From Cladosporium halotolerans (lineage: Eukaryota), in NCBI RefSeq assembly GCF_011745625.1, contig NW_027191452.1:682001-746000 (forward strand): a stretch of DNA of 64,000 bases, in the 5' to 3' direction. Numbering within the stretch: position 1 is the stretch's first letter; each line of letters begins with the position of its first letter. A model generated the notes under the pieces. The model did not search any database. It worked only from the letters and a program-made list of their open reading frames with translations, and was not told where the DNA came from. Positions 35,527 to 47,356 of this stretch are shown here, piece by piece. Position numbers and translations under genes: made by a program.

Positions 35527-36136
35527 GGCTGTAGGGCTCGAATGCTGTCGAGAACACCGAGAGATGCATGACTTTAGATGCGAGGGATTTATGATAATAG
35601 ACAGCGACTCTTACAGAACGACTGGACGGCGGGTCCAATAGCAGGCTTGCAGCATGTCTCCAGAGATAGCTCGGGTGGCCAATCATAGCGCGGCAGTGAC
35701 AACGACGTTAACAACACGATATCGCGCAATAGTAGTACTATTGACAAGCCGATGTTGTATACCTTCAATGTTCCTTAAGTCTTAAAATAATTATTAGTGC
35801 AGCGCTATCTCCAATCACGCCTTCGAAATCAGTCAACTTCTGACGGAGAAACATCCCCCGAAGTCCTCGTTGGAGACGCCAGGCGTTGCAGACACTTTCT
35901 CTTGGCAGTGACATTGCATCGCTGGGCGACAGTAGTCTGTAACTATACGTGGTGAGATGAAGGACTTGATGATCGACATGTCATTGGTTACAGCAAATCT
36001 TCAGAAACACATATGCTAACATGATTAAACAGTCCATTTTATTCTTTTCTTCATTAGCTCAATCATACTTCTTTTGTACAGTAGTCATACACCCGCTTCT
36101 TCACGCGTGAAAGCGATTTTCGTACACTCCCTAGCT

Positions 36137-39100
36137 CTATCTCCTCTTCTTCGGCCTGTGACTGGGATCGCGCCCGTGCTTGTCAACCCTTCTTTCCGGC
36201 TTGGGTGGCACGAAAGGCACGTTCTTCAGCGACGCCTCCACGAGGCGAATCATGTACCCATCGACATGTCCCTCGCGATTCTTCGTGACATCATCTTCTT
36301 CGTCCTCACCGCCAGTCGCGCCTGGTGTAGGCGGCACGGACGGCCCTTTGCTCGAGGCATCGGCAAACTCGTCCGCATCCAACTGCTGCTCTTCCTTGCG
36401 AGCCTGTTGTGCAGCTTGCACGTCCTCCTTGTCTTCGACAGACTCGATCGTCTTTGCGATCGCCTTGTCGCCACCAGACAGGAAGCGGTCGATGGCGGCA
36501 GAAACGTCATCGGAGTCCTCGCCTTGCGCTTCGGATTTGGGTCGTCCGTCGTAGTCTGTCGTGAAGCGACCGTCTTGAATGACTGCCTGATCCAGCAAAG
36601 ACTTCTGATTCGCGCGACGCAGGATGTTCTCTTCGACAGTCTTCTCGCTCACCATCTTGAAGACCTCGACGTCACGCACCTGGCCGATACGGTGGGCGCG
36701 GTCCATGCACTGCTTGTCCATCTGCGGGTTCCAGTCGAGATCGAAGAAGATGACGGAGCTGGCGCCAGTCAAGTTGAGACCCACACCACCTGCGCGGGAA
36801 GACAGGATCATGCATTGGTACTTCGACTCCGGATGGTTGAACTCGGTAGTGATGAACTGGCGGCGCTCAGGGCCAGTGCTACCGTCGAGGCGCAAGTACG
36901 TAAGGCCAAGCAAGTTCAGGAACCTCTCCAGAATGTCGAGAGCGTGAGTCATCTGCGTGAAGATGAGGCACCTAGATCCCTTGGCTTGCAACTCGCGGAG
37001 GAGTATAGTCAGGCGTTGAAGCTTGCCGCTGTCGTATACCAGGAGACGAGAGTCAGGGAATACAATGCTGGTGCGCACACGCGCCTCGTGCGCAAAGTCC
37101 GACTCGAATGGGTACGTCGTGTTCGCGCGAATCAGCTTCTGTGTCTTCTGTGGAACCACATAGTTGAGGATAGGCGACGTTGCTTCCGGTGTGCAGAAAG
37201 CAAAGCGAGTGAGAGTGTCTTGGAACCTCGATCCATACTGCTCCAGCGTTGGAACGCTTCGCTGTACCAACGTACTGGTGGATTGCAAGCGATCGAAAGC
37301 ACGCTCTGCTTGCATAAACTCCGCTGGAGTGACCCTCGCGTCTGCGTTAGGAGTAAGCATAGAGAGCTTGCCTAGTACGGAGCAGCCTAGAGACGCCCTC
37401 GTGCCTCTGACCGTGAGGACCTCTCTCAGATCAGAGCCATAGATGGGTGCTCTCGAGAACGTCTCTTCAGAGAACGAGATGGCGTCACGGATCTGCGACA
37501 GCCTGCCTTGGCGTTGGCGGAAACGCTGATAAGCCTGACAACCAGAGATCGTTGAAAAGTCGTGTTCTGCTGGACCTAGGCTTTTCTGCAGCTCCACGAC
37601 CTGTCGGCGAAGGTGCTGTGCGCCAGAGAGTTGCTTCGAGCGACGAGCGAGATATTTACCGAGTGCCTCATTGCAGGTGACCATGAAGCTACGTGGGGTT
37701 TCCTGGCGAACGCCCAGTAGATCTCTGATGAGCTTCTCCTTAATGGCAAACGGCTCGAGCGGGCTTTGGGCCATCGCAAAACTCGTCTGGATCGGTCGAG
37801 GATCGAACAAATCAGGGTGGTTACACACACGGCGAAGAGACAGCAGTACTCGTCCGGCCGACACAGCGTTGCCCTGCTTGAGCTTGGCTTTCGTATCGGC
37901 AAGGCCCATGTAATCTTGATAGAGCTCACGCTGCCTTTTAGAAAGTTTGCAGACCACGGTATGTTCCGTCTTTTTCGGGAGGTCCTTTTCCACCTCAGAT
38001 TTGAGACGCCGAAGCATGAAAGGTCGCAGAGACATGTGCAATTGGCCCACGACACGAGATGCTTCCTCGGATAGAGTCTGCACGCCCCGGTCAAAGATCT
38101 CTTTGACTGGCTCCTTCCAGTTGGTGAGGAACTCTTCGAGCGTGCCGTGGTGCGCAGCGTCATCCTCATCGCCAGCGGCAAGGAACGTAAGCAAAGACCA
38201 AAGCTCAGTCAAAGAGTTCTGCAAGGGCGTGCCCGTCAAGAGTAGGCGGGCTCTGGTACGCAGTCGAATGAGAACCTGGAATCGCTGGCTGTTGAAGTTG
38301 CGAATGTTGTGGGCCTCGTCCAGGATCATGTAATGCCATTTCACGTTGCGGAGGGCGTTGATATCCTTCAAAGCAATGTTGTAGGATGTGATGACCACAT
38401 TGTAGCCACGCCTATCTCTTTGGTCGTGGTGGGGATCGTTCACCCAGCCTCGGCGCTTCGCCAGACGTTCTTCGGTCGTACCGTAGTAGCCAAGAACACG
38501 GAAACCTGGTAGGAACTTCTGAAACTCGGTCACCCAGTTGAGGATCACGGAAGTCGGCACAATGACCAAGTGAGTGTCCCAAACTCCGTGCTGCTCAGCC
38601 AAGTAGGCGAGGAGAGCGATCGTCTGGATTGTCTTGCCGAGGCCCATTTCGTCGGCGAGAATGCCGTTCGTCTTATTGCGATACAGAGATGCAAGCCAGT
38701 CCAGACCTGCTTGCTGATAAGAACGAAGATCGCCACGTAGCAGGGTAGGCTGCGGAACTTGTTGCTTGCCCAGCGCGTCTGATCGGCTTTGGGACGCTGG
38801 CGTGCCTGGAGCTGGTGAGTCGAGATGCGAGTAGTTCGCCTTCAGCGGCTCAGTGCCTTCAGCAGCTCGGTCGGGAGTTGGCTCAGCCATATCTGTGTCT
38901 TGGTCCTGTGTCGTCACTGCGTGAAGACCTGGGTCCCCAGTATTGGTTTCGACAGCACTCGTTCCAGCGTTGGCCGCCGCAGATGTCGTGTCAACTTCGC
39001 GTTCCTCATCCCCGTTGTTCTCTTCAGCACTCGTGACGGGAGTGGGTAGGCCAAGAGCCTTCTTCTCCTTCGCAGAAAAGAGGGCCCACAGGCTGTTTGA

Positions 39101-41437
39101 GTGACCAGGATCTTCGCTCGATTCCGACTGTTCGTCTTCATCGTCAGTGCCTTGATCACCATCGCCGTCTGAATCGTCCATGTCTTCGTCTGAATCGTAA
39201 TCTTCAGAATCCATGTCTGTTGACTCATCAGAGGATAAGCCGTCATCTGAACGCTGTTCTTGTCCTAGAAGTACACCATCAGATCCGCGCTGTTTGCGTT
39301 CCTCTTCAGCGACCTCAGTATCTGTACCATCGACTACTTCCGACTCGGCGGGATCGTCCTTTGCAGTTTCAGCATCCATGGGCGAGTCCGAAGCTTTCAT
39401 TTGGGAGACTTCGCCCTGAGCGTCTCCCTCTTTTGGCCGCTCGTCATCAGATTCTTCTGCAACAGTTTCATCACCGCTCACGCTATCTCGATCGTCTTCG
39501 GAGAGCTCGTGGGGTCCATCAGTAGCGCGCTCATGCGAGTCATCTTCACGCTGAGCGAGGTATGCGGCCAGCGCGTCCTGATCCATCTCACCTTCCTCTT
39601 CATCGTCGTTCGCCGAAGCGGCCTCACTTGATGAGTCAGACATATTCTCCTCGCTATCCTCATCGTCCTCTGAACCACTGCCTTCATCGCTGGTGGAGAC
39701 GTCGCCAGTGCTGTCTTCGTCGAACATGTCCACATCGCTGCCTGCTTCTCCTCTTTGCCGCGCGACCATATTCTGACTCCATTCGAGCTGCTTGTTCAGG
39801 CGCTCTTGACGTTTGACTTCCTGCTCTGCCTCCCATTGCTCTCGTCTGCGGTCGTCGACGTATTTCTGTACCATCTCCCACTTCGCCCGCATGTCCGTAG
39901 CAACTTGCCTCGCGATGAGCCTGAACATCTTGTCCGCCTCAGCTCTGAGATCCTCCTCGGTAGGCCCGCGTTTCGTTTTCCAGTAGTCCAATGCTTCGTA
40001 TGCCAGCTTCTTCGCGATTTGACGATGGTTCTGTTTTTCCCGGAGCTGCAAATGACGAAGGTACAACGCATGCTGGACGAGATGATCCTGGTGCCCGTAT
40101 TGTGAAGGTGGCTCCCGCTGCACGTAGTCCTCTCGGTAGATGCTGCAAACGTCTTCGCTCAGGGGTTTGCCTGGTTGAGCAGCATCTAGCAGCCGTTGCC
40201 TCATCACAGCCTCTTGCTCAGCAGCTTTCTGGTAGCGAATGGCGAACTCGTCTCGGGACGGTGGGCCGCGCTCATTCTCGGAGTATGGCTGTTGTTGCTC
40301 CTTCAGTTCAAAATCCTCGATGAGCTGGTAGAGGTTGCGACGAGGTGGTCGAGGTGGTGAAGGTGGAATGGCATTCGGATGAGGAGGAACTACGGGAGCG
40401 GAGTTGCTCTGGCGGCGAAGCTTCAGTCTCAGGCCTGGTCGCGTGGCTTCTGGAGATTGACGCGCATCGATGTTCCCACGGCGCTTGCGTTGCGTAGTCG
40501 GCGATGACGGACGACGCGGTGTCGCGGTGTCCGCTGCTTCACGTTTCCGCTTCCCCTCTAACTGTCCCTGCACAACGTCATCCGAGGGTTCCAGAGACTG
40601 AGCAGGCTCTGGCTCAGTGATTTTTGTCTTGAAGTCTTCGGATCCCACTGTGTCTCTAGGCCCGCGCGAAGATCGTAATGATTCCCTCGTAGATTTCCTA
40701 GTGGGTGCAGTCGCAGCAGCTTTTGCGCTTGGTTTGCCCTTGACCGTGACATTCTGCTCGCTTTTTGCCAATTTGTCTACAGTTTTCTTCGTTCTCGGAC
40801 TCACGCGCTTCGGCTGTGGTGTATCGCCCAATTCCTTGTTAACCCGCCCACTCTTTCTCTTGCCATCTACTTGTATAGTAGTCGGTCCCTGCGCGGCAAA
40901 TTTCTTCCAAGGCGGACTCGGTGGCCGAGACTGCGAAGTTGCCCGGCTGTCGCTGCGCACGCGACCACCCTCGCTCTCACTCGCTATCGGGGTATTGCTT
41001 CCTGTGCCGAATCGAGCCGAAACGCGACGACCATCTGCCGTTTTCATTGTCGAAGTCTCCGCGGTAGGGAATTGCCATGGTGGAGAAGGGGCGCGCTTGC
41101 GCTTCTTCTCGAGTTTCGTCTTGACCTCTGGGGTGGCCACCTCGGTTGCCTGGGACTCTCTGCGTTTCGTACTTGGCTGAGGTGCTGGGCGTAGTGTAGT
41201 CGAGGTCTCGGGGCCTTCATTAACCGTCATGTCCCCATTCTCCACGCTATTCACTCCATTTGACATTTCCTCCTTGATGCCTGCAGGGCCGATCGCGTCG
41301 ACCGAGGGTGATTCAACATTATCTTGGGGTGCCCCAGCAACGGAATCGTCGCCTGTTGATGGAAACGCGTCGAAAAGTTCGTGTTTCGATTCCGCCGGCC
41401 GGTTTTCCTCCAAGGTTGGAGGTTGTGTCGCGGGCAT
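36137..41437 (-). CDS. SWR1: Swr1 chromatin-remodelling ATPase (H2A.Z exchange)
   Basis: HSA region, acidic linker, NGILADEMGLGKT, ILDEAHNIRNF, split ATPase with long insertion, DSGKLQRL, QCMDRAHRIGQ. Confidence 0.93.
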   Translation of the reverse strand: MPATQPPTLEENRPAESKHELFDAFPSTGDDSVAGAPQDNVESPSVDAIGPAGIKEEMSNGVNSVENGDMTVNEGPETSTTLRPAPQPSTKRRESQATEVATPEVKTKLEKKRKRAPSPPWQFPTAETSTMKTADGRRVSARFGTGSNTPIASESEGGRVRSDSRATSQSRPPSPPWKKFAAQGPTTIQVDGKRKSGRVNKELGDTPQPKRVSPRTKKTVDKLAKSEQNVTVKGKPSAKAAATAPTRKSTRESLRSSRGPRDTVGSEDFKTKITEPEPAQSLEPSDDVVQGQLEGKRKREAADTATPRRPSSPTTQRKRRGNIDARQSPEATRPGLRLKLRRQSNSAPVVPPHPNAIPPSPPRPPRRNLYQLIEDFELKEQQQPYSENERGPPSRDEFAIRYQKAAEQEAVMRQRLLDAAQPGKPLSEDVCSIYREDYVQREPPSQYGHQDHLVQHALYLRHLQLREKQNHRQIAKKLAYEALDYWKTKRGPTEEDLRAEADKMFRLIARQVATDMRAKWEMVQKYVDDRRREQWEAEQEVKRQERLNKQLEWSQNMVARQRGEAGSDVDMFDEDSTGDVSTSDEGSGSEDDEDSEENMSDSSSEAASANDDEEEGEMDQDALAAYLAQREDDSHERATDGPHELSEDDRDSVSGDETVAEESDDERPKEGDAQGEVSQMKASDSPMDAETAKDDPAESEVVDGTDTEVAEEERKQRGSDGVLLGQEQRSDDGLSSDESTDMDSEDYDSDEDMDDSDGDGDQGTDDEDEQSESSEDPGHSNSLWALFSAKEKKALGLPTPVTSAEENNGDEEREVDTTSAAANAGTSAVETNTGDPGLHAVTTQDQDTDMAEPTPDRAAEGTEPLKANYSHLDSPAPGTPASQSRSDALGKQQVPQPTLLRGDLRSYQQAGLDWLASLYRNKTNGILADEMGLGKTIQTIALLAYLAEQHGVWDTHLVIVPTSVILNWVTEFQKFLPGFRVLGYYGTTEERLAKRRGWVNDPHHDQRDRRGYNVVITSYNIALKDINALRNVKWHYMILDEAHNIRNFNSQRFQVLIRLRTRARLLLTGTPLQNSLTELWSLLTFLAAGDEDDAAHHGTLEEFLTNWKEPVKEIFDRGVQTLSEEASRVVGQLHMSLRPFMLRRLKSEVEKDLPKKTEHTVVCKLSKRQRELYQDYMGLADTKAKLKQGNAVSAGRVLLSLRRVCNHPDLFDPRPIQTSFAMAQSPLEPFAIKEKLIRDLLGVRQETPRSFMVTCNEALGKYLARRSKQLSGAQHLRRQVVELQKSLGPAEHDFSTISGCQAYQRFRQRQGRLSQIRDAISFSEETFSRAPIYGSDLREVLTVRGTRASLGCSVLGKLSMLTPNADARVTPAEFMQAERAFDRLQSTSTLVQRSVPTLEQYGSRFQDTLTRFAFCTPEATSPILNYVVPQKTQKLIRANTTYPFESDFAHEARVRTSIVFPDSRLLVYDSGKLQRLTILLRELQAKGSRCLIFTQMTHALDILERFLNLLGLTYLRLDGSTGPERRQFITTEFNHPESKYQCMILSSRAGGVGLNLTGASSVIFFDLDWNPQMDKQCMDRAHRIGQVRDVEVFKMVSEKTVEENILRRANQKSLLDQAVIQDGRFTTDYDGRPKSEAQGEDSDDVSAAIDRFLSGGDKAIAKTIESVEDKEDVQAAQQARKEEQQLDADEFADASSKGPSVPPTPGATGGEDEEDDVTKNREGHVDGYMIRLVEASLKNVPFVPPKPERRVDKHGRDPSHRPKKRR

Positions 41438-41794
41438 CAACGTGGCCTGGACCCCTCAACCGTCATCGAGCCGATCGTAAAAATTCACCAGAACGTCGTC
41501 AAAGGTAGTCGAGACCGCGCTGTTTATCGTGATGTTGCGGGATTTGTGCTGCGAAGGACCGTTGTTGAGTTATGCTGCCGTGAAGGAGATGCGCCCGCAA
41601 ATGTGGTTGCACTTCTCGTAATCTCCTCTCCACATCACGCTCGCTCGACTCGCCGCTGCCCGCTTGGCAGTCCGTGCGTCGAAGCCGACGCTCGACTGCG
41701 ACGACCGCATGCCATGCAGCCAACCTTAGGCGCGCATTGAGAGCTCAGAACTCCCCAGATCCCCCCAATACACACCCGAGGAGCACCATACACT

Positions 41795-42464
41795 ATGGCC
41801 TCGGCCTTCAAGGTTCTGCGCGTCGCGCAGCGCGCCCCCATTGTGCGCCAAACCCAGGTCTCTCGCATCGCTTCCGCCCTTCCTCGCAGCTATGCCACAG
41901 CCACTATCCGCGAGGCCACCCCCGACAAGAGCGCCAGCCAGGTCGAGCAGGCCAGCGAGGATCTCTCTGGTAGCGACCCCAACATGGACCCGATGCAGAA
42001 CGGCAACTACCCGGACCCGTCCAAGACCTCCGCCCTCGCATTGAAGAGGCAGTTCAGAGATCCGCACGCGGAGTGGTGGGACCCGCAAGAGAGGAGGAAC
42101 TACGGCGAGCCGGTGCACGAGGTGAGCAGGGAATGCGATTTACAATGAGGGCGAAAGCAATGGCTGACTGAAGCCGCAGGACAATGATATCCTTGGCATC
42201 TTCTCTCCGGAGTCTTACACCCACGTTACTCCCGCCTGGGGCGGTGTGCTCTTTGTAAACTCTTTCCACGCTATGGGCATGAACAGAAGAAATGGCTAAC
42301 TTTCTCAGGGCACTTTTGTCGCTGCTTTCTGTGGCGTGCTCACCATCATTGGCGCTTACTACCCGGACAGGCCCTCCGCGCCTCGCACATTCCCTGGTGG
42401 TCTGGAAGCAGAGCTCGGCGGACCTAAGGCCGTGAGAGCACGCAGCGCTGAAGATGAGCTGTAG
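41795..42464 (+). CDS. NDUFB8: NADH:ubiquinone oxidoreductase ASHI/NDUFB8 subunit; introns 42122-42179 and 42255-42308
   Basis: Presequence; DPMQNGNYP..KRQFRDP..WWDPQERRNYGEPVHE|DNDILGIFSPE; one TM; YPDRPSAPRTFPGGLEAELGG. Confidence 0.9.
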
Positions 42465-43900
42465 ATGGGTCTCGTTCAAGATGCGCGACTGGGAAATCTC
42501 TTTTGTACGCTGTAAATATCAAGCAAGCGCATTACTGAACACAAAAACACCACGACCTCACAAGTCTCATCTCAAGTTCAACCCGAACGAGACAGTAATC
42601 ATTGGCCTGGCTGCGAACTTTTGGAAGCAGTCGGCTCTCGCGCCGTCTGATCACGCACACCTAGCAAGACTTGTGGGTCGATAGCTTGAGCGATCCAGCA
42701 GTGAGTTCTATCACTAAATGGTCATATGCCTGATATGAAATTGATACCTACACTGCAATATCAGATTGTGGTTCATATCAAATTCGGATTGTACAGCTGG
42801 ACCACTCGCAATCCGTCGCAAGCTCTGCAATTCCAGTGATTGCGGATAACATCGGCATTAAGAGTGAGCACATCCTCAGCACCAATTCCAGTAATGCACA
42901 ATTTCGCGAACATCGAAGTCATCTAGTCGCTACACATGACACTACGCATACACTGAAGCGACCAATCATCGCTGTGCATTGGATCTCACTGCCCCAATGC
43001 CGGTGTTAAATTGGGACTATAGGCTGCCATGACCAGATCTTAGTCAATTATAAGACTGCGGGGTCCTCCACACACATCGGGCACTATGAAAATGAGCCAT
43101 CGAGCTGTGAGCTCTCAGCTTTGTTAACACAGCCCGAATCCATTGCTTAGCAATCCATAATCCTATGCACTGCCACTTTGAGCCGGCTTGAGATTTGGCA
43201 TGCATTCGCGGAAGATTTTCATTGCCCTGGTACGAGGGCTGTGCTCTAACGCCGACAAAACCACGTGCGTGCAGTTGCTGGTCAGGAGGCACCGTACCAA
43301 AGTTCCGCAATGCCTGATGTAGTCGCCTGAGGTCGGAGAATTGCCCCAAGCATACTCGCTTGATTCCAGCTTATACAAATCCCATGTCCCAGCACGTAAG
43401 CTGAGTGCTCCCGCCGAGATTCGACTAGTCTTCTAGAAGCCCCCTGCAGCCAGGCAGCATGGAAGGGTCTTCAAGGCGTGAGCCGGTGGACGAGGAATGG
43501 TGACATCAGACTTCTTCCGACAGCCCGTCTTACTGTCTTTATGGAATGCCTGCAATCGATCATCAAATGAGCATCACCGGCGTGTCGCAGGATTCACTCA
43601 TCTGCAGATCGTGCACGCTAATGAAGTCATCTCGGCTTTCCGGCGTGGAGTGCCTAGGCTGAATGGAGGCGATGAAGCGCGCATGGCGCAGTCGCCTCCT
43701 GCCCACGCTTCTCTTTGTTTGGCATTTCCGCCACCAGCGCCAACGTACATAAGCAAGTCTCCGCGCGCGTTGCGGCCTCAGTCAGCGCATCTATACAAAG
43801 TCCATTCACCAGGTGCCACGTTCCACTGCGTCAGACTTGGATATTTCGGACCTTCAACGCCCAGATTCGCATTTTACCCTGTCGCGACAGATCCACAGCC

Positions 43901-44686
43901 ATGCGATTTCCACAGACATTCCTCTATCTCCTGACCTTTGTCACCGCGATCCAGGCACTCGCCGTGCCCGCGGCTTTCAACTCTCTGGTTGAGTCCGGCA
44001 CAGAGCTATACAAGCGCAAAGGTGGAGGAGGTGGTAGAGGCGGAGGCGGAGGTAGTAGCAGCAGCGGCGGCAGAAGTGGTTCAGGAAGCTCAGGAAGTTC
44101 CGGCAGCCGCGGCAGCAGTGTCTCTTCCGGCTCTGGCACACCTCGATCGTTCGGCGGCGGTGCCTATTACGGCGGAGGAGCAGCGCAGCCATACCGCGCC
44201 GGTTCGACCGGTGGCTGGAGGGGGCCGGCGCCCTTCTTGCTCGGCGCAGGCGCTCTCGCGTTGTTCCCTGGTCTCTGGCTCTACGGCGCGTACGCATACC
44301 GCTATGACGACAATAACGGAAGGCGGACATACTACAACGAGACCAGCGACCGCAACGAGACGAGGCCGGTCGAGTGTCTTTGCGCGCAGTACCAGCAGTG
44401 CGGCTGCGCGCAGACCGACGACCAGATGTACCTGAACCAGGTCGCCAACAACCAGACTCTTTCGTCTGTCAAAAACGGCACGCTTTGTAAGTTCCTTGTG
44501 CATCTTCTGCCAATGGTTCGAGACTAACACATTTCTCCAGACATCAACGGCACGTTGAGCAACGATACTGTCGCTCCTGGCACTGAGTCTACTAGTGCAG
44601 CTGGCAGCATGGGTCAAAAGCTTTTCGAAGCCGCCGGATACTGGCCTGTTGTCGCCGGTGTTGCTTATACGATGTGGTTCTTGTAA
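43901..44686 (+). CDS. Conserved fungal secreted/membrane-anchored glycine-rich protein; intron 44487-44540
   Basis: Signal peptide, LYKR (Kex2-like site), G/S-rich tract, FPGLWLYGAYAY, CLCAQYQQCGC, L|YINGTLSN and a hydrophobic C-terminus. Confidence 0.85.
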
Positions 44687-45369
44687 TCCAATTGACTTGG
44701 ACTGCTAGGACGAGCAATTGCGCTCATCTTTTGGAACGATTTGTCACGACGCGTTACATTCTACGATACCCGGGTTTCTGTGGATGGGCATATTTCGTAT
44801 ACACCAGTTGATTAATAGACGCCGCTACTGTGCATAGTCAAGGCGCCTCTTGAGAGACAAATGGAATATTATTCGATCTTGTACATAAAACTCCCACATG
44901 ATGTTTGTCAAAGTTCGGAAGTCGAAGGACGTGCTTGGACACAACGTATCGCGGTGCGTCCGATTCCCAACGCATCCCGAAAAAAATATTTTCCGGCTGT
45001 TACATGTTTCTCATGCACACAACGGACTCATTCTGCTCGCTGTCAGAACACGCTAAAGCATGTTCATTCAGCCATACATCAACGATCAACGCTGGACAGC
45101 TTCAAGCCCCACCTCTCTCCACAACTTCCGGTGACTTCATATCAACAGACTATGAGCTCAGTGTCGGATTTGAGAAAACCAACGTAGACGATCGATGCGG
45201 TCGATGCGCCGGCAGTAGGTAGTCGTCGGGCCTTTATCTCCCTGCTCTTCTCTCGCACACAGGTAGGCCTTCTGTCCTCAACAACCGCAAAACACCGATT
45301 CGCACCAACCCCCCAAAAAAAAGACCCCCATCCCGATCCTCTCCAATCCGAACCACACCACCGAGAACC

Positions 45370-45904
45370 ATGGCCCGTAAGCCCCCCACCTCCTCTCCCC
45401 CTCCCCCCAATCCCGCTGGCCCCCCTAACACGCCAACCCAACGCAGACCTTCCCTCCAACCCCTTCCCCTCCCTCACCCTCCCCTCCACCTCCGGCACCC
45501 CCGTCTCCCCCTCGACCCTCTCGGGCCTCAGCATCCTCTTCCCCACCAGCTCAGAGCGCACCACGACCTCCTTCCGCTCCGCCGCCGACCGCCTCCTCTC
45601 CAACGGCGTCAGCCACGTCTTCGGCGTCGCCGCCGCGTCCTCCTCTCCCTCCGCCCAGCAGCAAGTCAAGGAAAGCCTCGGCCTGCCGTTCCAGCTGCTC
45701 AGCGACGAAAAGGGGGAATTGAAGCAAGCGCTGGGCGGCTTCGAGGGCACGCTGGCGGTCGAGGACGGGGTGGTCGTGCAGGTTTGGGAGGGGGAGGGGG
45801 CAGGCGCGGAGGAGTTGCTGGGGTGGTTGGAGGGGCGGGTGGGGAGGGAGGGGCTGAGCACGAGGGCCGAGGCGGACATGTTGGAGAATATGACGGGGAG
45901 GTGA
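45370..45904 (+). CDS. Cysteine-free peroxiredoxin/redoxin-fold protein (154 aa); intron 45377-45446
   Basis: ATG GCC C|GTAAGC..CTAAC..CAG|AC gives MAHLPSNPFPSLTLPSTSGTPV..GLSILFP..SFR..GVSHVFGV..LGLPFQLLSDEKGELKQALG..TLAVEDGVVVQVW..AEELLGWL, an AhpC/TSA-like pattern. Confidence 0.8.
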
Positions 45905-46237
45905 GGTTTGGTCTCGGCGATTGACGACGACGGAACGAAAGCGACTGCCACTGGGCCGCTGCGCCTTTGGAGGAGTGCTTTGAAGGGGTCTCGTTGGGGG
46001 TGAAATGGAAGCGGGAGACCGGGCGGCGCCTGCGTGTGGAAGGGAAGCATGGGTTTAAAAAAAATGCAACTCGTCGATTGAAGGCCGTTAAGCAGGCAGC
46101 AAATGGTATCTCGGCCCTTCCTATATTCATCCGATAAAACTCCTTTTCCGAAGGCGGGTCTGTCCCTCGTGTTTCCCATGCAAAAGCCAAGAAAGAAAAA
46201 AAAAAGAAAAAAATCCCATCAATTCCATGAAAAGCAT

Positions 46238-47356
46238 CTAGTCGATCGTCATCCGATTCTGTATCTGCCCGAGCGGATGCGCGGGGCCCTGGAAGTCATT
46301 CGCGCCGCCGTAGGGCGAGACTTTGGGGTCTTCTGGGCTCTCCAGCTTCCGCCTTTGGATGTGCGGCTTGAGGCCCTTGTTGAAGTTTCGTGTGCACAAG
46401 CATGCCGTTACGATGGTAGCGATGAGCAGCAGGATCGTGATGACGGCGAAGACGGTGAGAGCCTTGCGGGCGGGGAGGTATTCGTTGACCTTGGCCATGT
46501 CGCCCGTGTCGTACATTCTGACGAGCTTGAAGATGAAGTAGGCCATGGCGGCGAAGTAGACGACGACCATGATGGCTTGGCCGTAGTAGGATTCGCGGCG
46601 GGTGACGAAGGCGGCGAAGAAGAGGAAGCAGACGGTGATGGGGACGGCGACGATGGTGAGGTAGAACTCAAAGTCGGTGAAGTTAGAACCGACGATGACC
46701 AGGAACTGCACCGTGAACGCGAGGAAGAAGAAGAAATCGAACTTGAGGAGGGCGATGTAGATCTGAGCGTGAGGTTAGCGACATTACCTGGATACAACAG
46801 CATGGAGTACACTCACCTGGAATGTCAGGTATCGCCGCTTGAGCCTCAAATCCGCGGAGATGTTCTTGTAGATGGTCCATGCGAACTCGCGGTAAAGCTT
46901 CCAGGCGACTCCGCTGAGCAGAATGGTACCCAAGGCGATGACACAGGGACACGCGAGAAGGAACCAGTAAATCTTGTCCCAGATGTTCAAACTGATCTGC
47001 GCTTGTCCCCCACCGGGAGGATAAAGCAGGGTGTCAATGGCTTCCTTGACCTGGGTCATTTGCACACCAGAGTAGATGAGCATGCCGGCATTGTAAAGGC
47101 AGAGCCCGATGACTTGAATTGTGTTCTTCGCGCGCAGCGCATCATACACCAGGACCAGCTGGTACAAGAAGCCGAAGATGAACAGAGCCAAGTATGTCGG
47201 GATGGAATGTGACGCGCTCGTTCCTTTGGAATTCGGTTGTAGGCTGACTTCGAACTGGCCAAAGACGTATCCTTCGATTGCCAGGGCGATGATGGCTTGG
47301 AAGACGGCGACAAGCGCAAAGGTCCAGGTCCATGGAGAGTTGGGCAGCCACATCAT
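46238..47356 (-). CDS. UPF0658-like multi-pass (Golgi) membrane protein; intron 46763-46816; possible non-AUG N-terminal extension from 47551
   Basis: IPTYLALFIFGFLYQLVLVYDALRAKNTIQVIGL, YREFAWTIYKNISADLRLKRRY..FQ|IYIALLKFDFFF, CTRNFNKGLK, RMTID*. Confidence 0.88.

Noticed and set aside
42700..43480. Short minus-strand ORFs (43044-43378) as a gene or transposon relic
   Set aside because: Bounded by stops, non-ATG starts, and no transposase/RT motifs or terminal repeats.
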